A stretch of 64,000 nt of DNA from Patescibacteria group bacterium (GTDB lineage Bacteria; Patescibacteriota; Patescibacteriia; UBA9570; JAHJKD01): positions 10,322 to 74,321 of the forward strand of contig JAZDOC010000019.1 in assembly GCA_043798935.1 (NCBI GenBank). The letters are read 5' to 3'. Shown one piece after another: positions 63,618-64,000 of this stretch. The position numbers and the translations under genes were made by a program. Under the pieces are notes generated by a model. That model was not told the DNA's origin and did no database searches. It was given only the letters and a program-made list of their open reading frames with translations. The stretch's first letter is position 1. Each line of letters opens with the position of its first letter.

Positions 63618-64000
63618 TTACTTAATAATTATATTTTCAATAATAAATGGTGTTGTTTTCACCCAAAAAGGTGAGAATGCTACTTTAACTTCTTTAATCG
63701 AAACAAAATTTTCTAAATATTGTTTAACTTGATTTTCAGTTTTATTGGTTAATTGATTTTTATCAATGAGATCACCCTTTGCATCGATAGTAGCCGTTCC
63801 GGCACATTGAATAGTTACAGAATTAATTCCATTTTCATTAATAAATGAATACTTCGGTGTTTTTTTAACTGTTATTTTAGAATTTTCGTTTTTAATTTGT
63901 TGAAATTCTTGTTTACATATTTTTTTAAGATTATCAGCTGTTAAACTGATATAAAAAATTTCAGCTGTACTATCAACTGCAACACTGCTGGCTTTGTCGC
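63618..64000 (-). CDS. 3' end of a hypothetical protein (C-terminus resembling CPR baseplate-J-like proteins), partial
   Basis: Manual translation ...QLTNKTENQVKQYLENFVSIKEVKVAFSPFWVKTTPFIIENIIIK*; open to the window edge, with its stop 4 nt before the thrS ATG. Confidence 0.6.
   Translation of the reverse strand, partial: DKASSVAVDSTAEIFYISLTADNLKKICKQEFQQIKNENSKITVKKTPKYSFINENGINSVTIQCAGTATIDAKGDLIDKNQLTNKTENQVKQYLENFVSIKEVKVAFSPFWVKTTPFIIENIIIK

Overview
AT-rich (visually about one-third GC) chromosomal segment in genetic code 11 with dense, mostly + strand genes. The gene content points to a Patescibacteria/CPR (probably Parcubacteria/ABY1-like) genome; this is inferred from type-2 IleRS, alpha2 GlyRS, a short ATP synthase delta subunit, secE-nusG-rplK-rplA without rplJL, SD-poor starts and DUF11-like surface proteins. 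It carries housekeeping genes (murJ 5' part, ileS, recO, tgt, glyQS, metG, pheST, gyrB, gatB, miaB, thrS) and a complete F1Fo operon followed by a CPA2 antiporter. It also has an unexpectedly biosynthetic block: a dTTP module, a full aspartate-to-NAD pathway (nadE-nadM-nadA-nadC-nadB) and an EamA-deaminase-argH...pyrD-pyrK-pyrE-pyrF cluster. No CRISPR, tRNA, rRNA, prophage or intact IS was seen. The most notable observations are: (1) an ileS T-box combining the actinobacterial ultra-short-Stem-I aptamer with an intrinsic terminator; (2) a membrane-anchored Zn-finger Clp/Hsp100 ATPase that has lost both pore loops, coupled to a small membrane protein; (3) a candidate leader-peptide/terminator attenuator upstream of the pyrimidine-related cluster; (4) de novo NAD synthesis using NadM; (5) a REP-like hairpin family with fully covarying stems.
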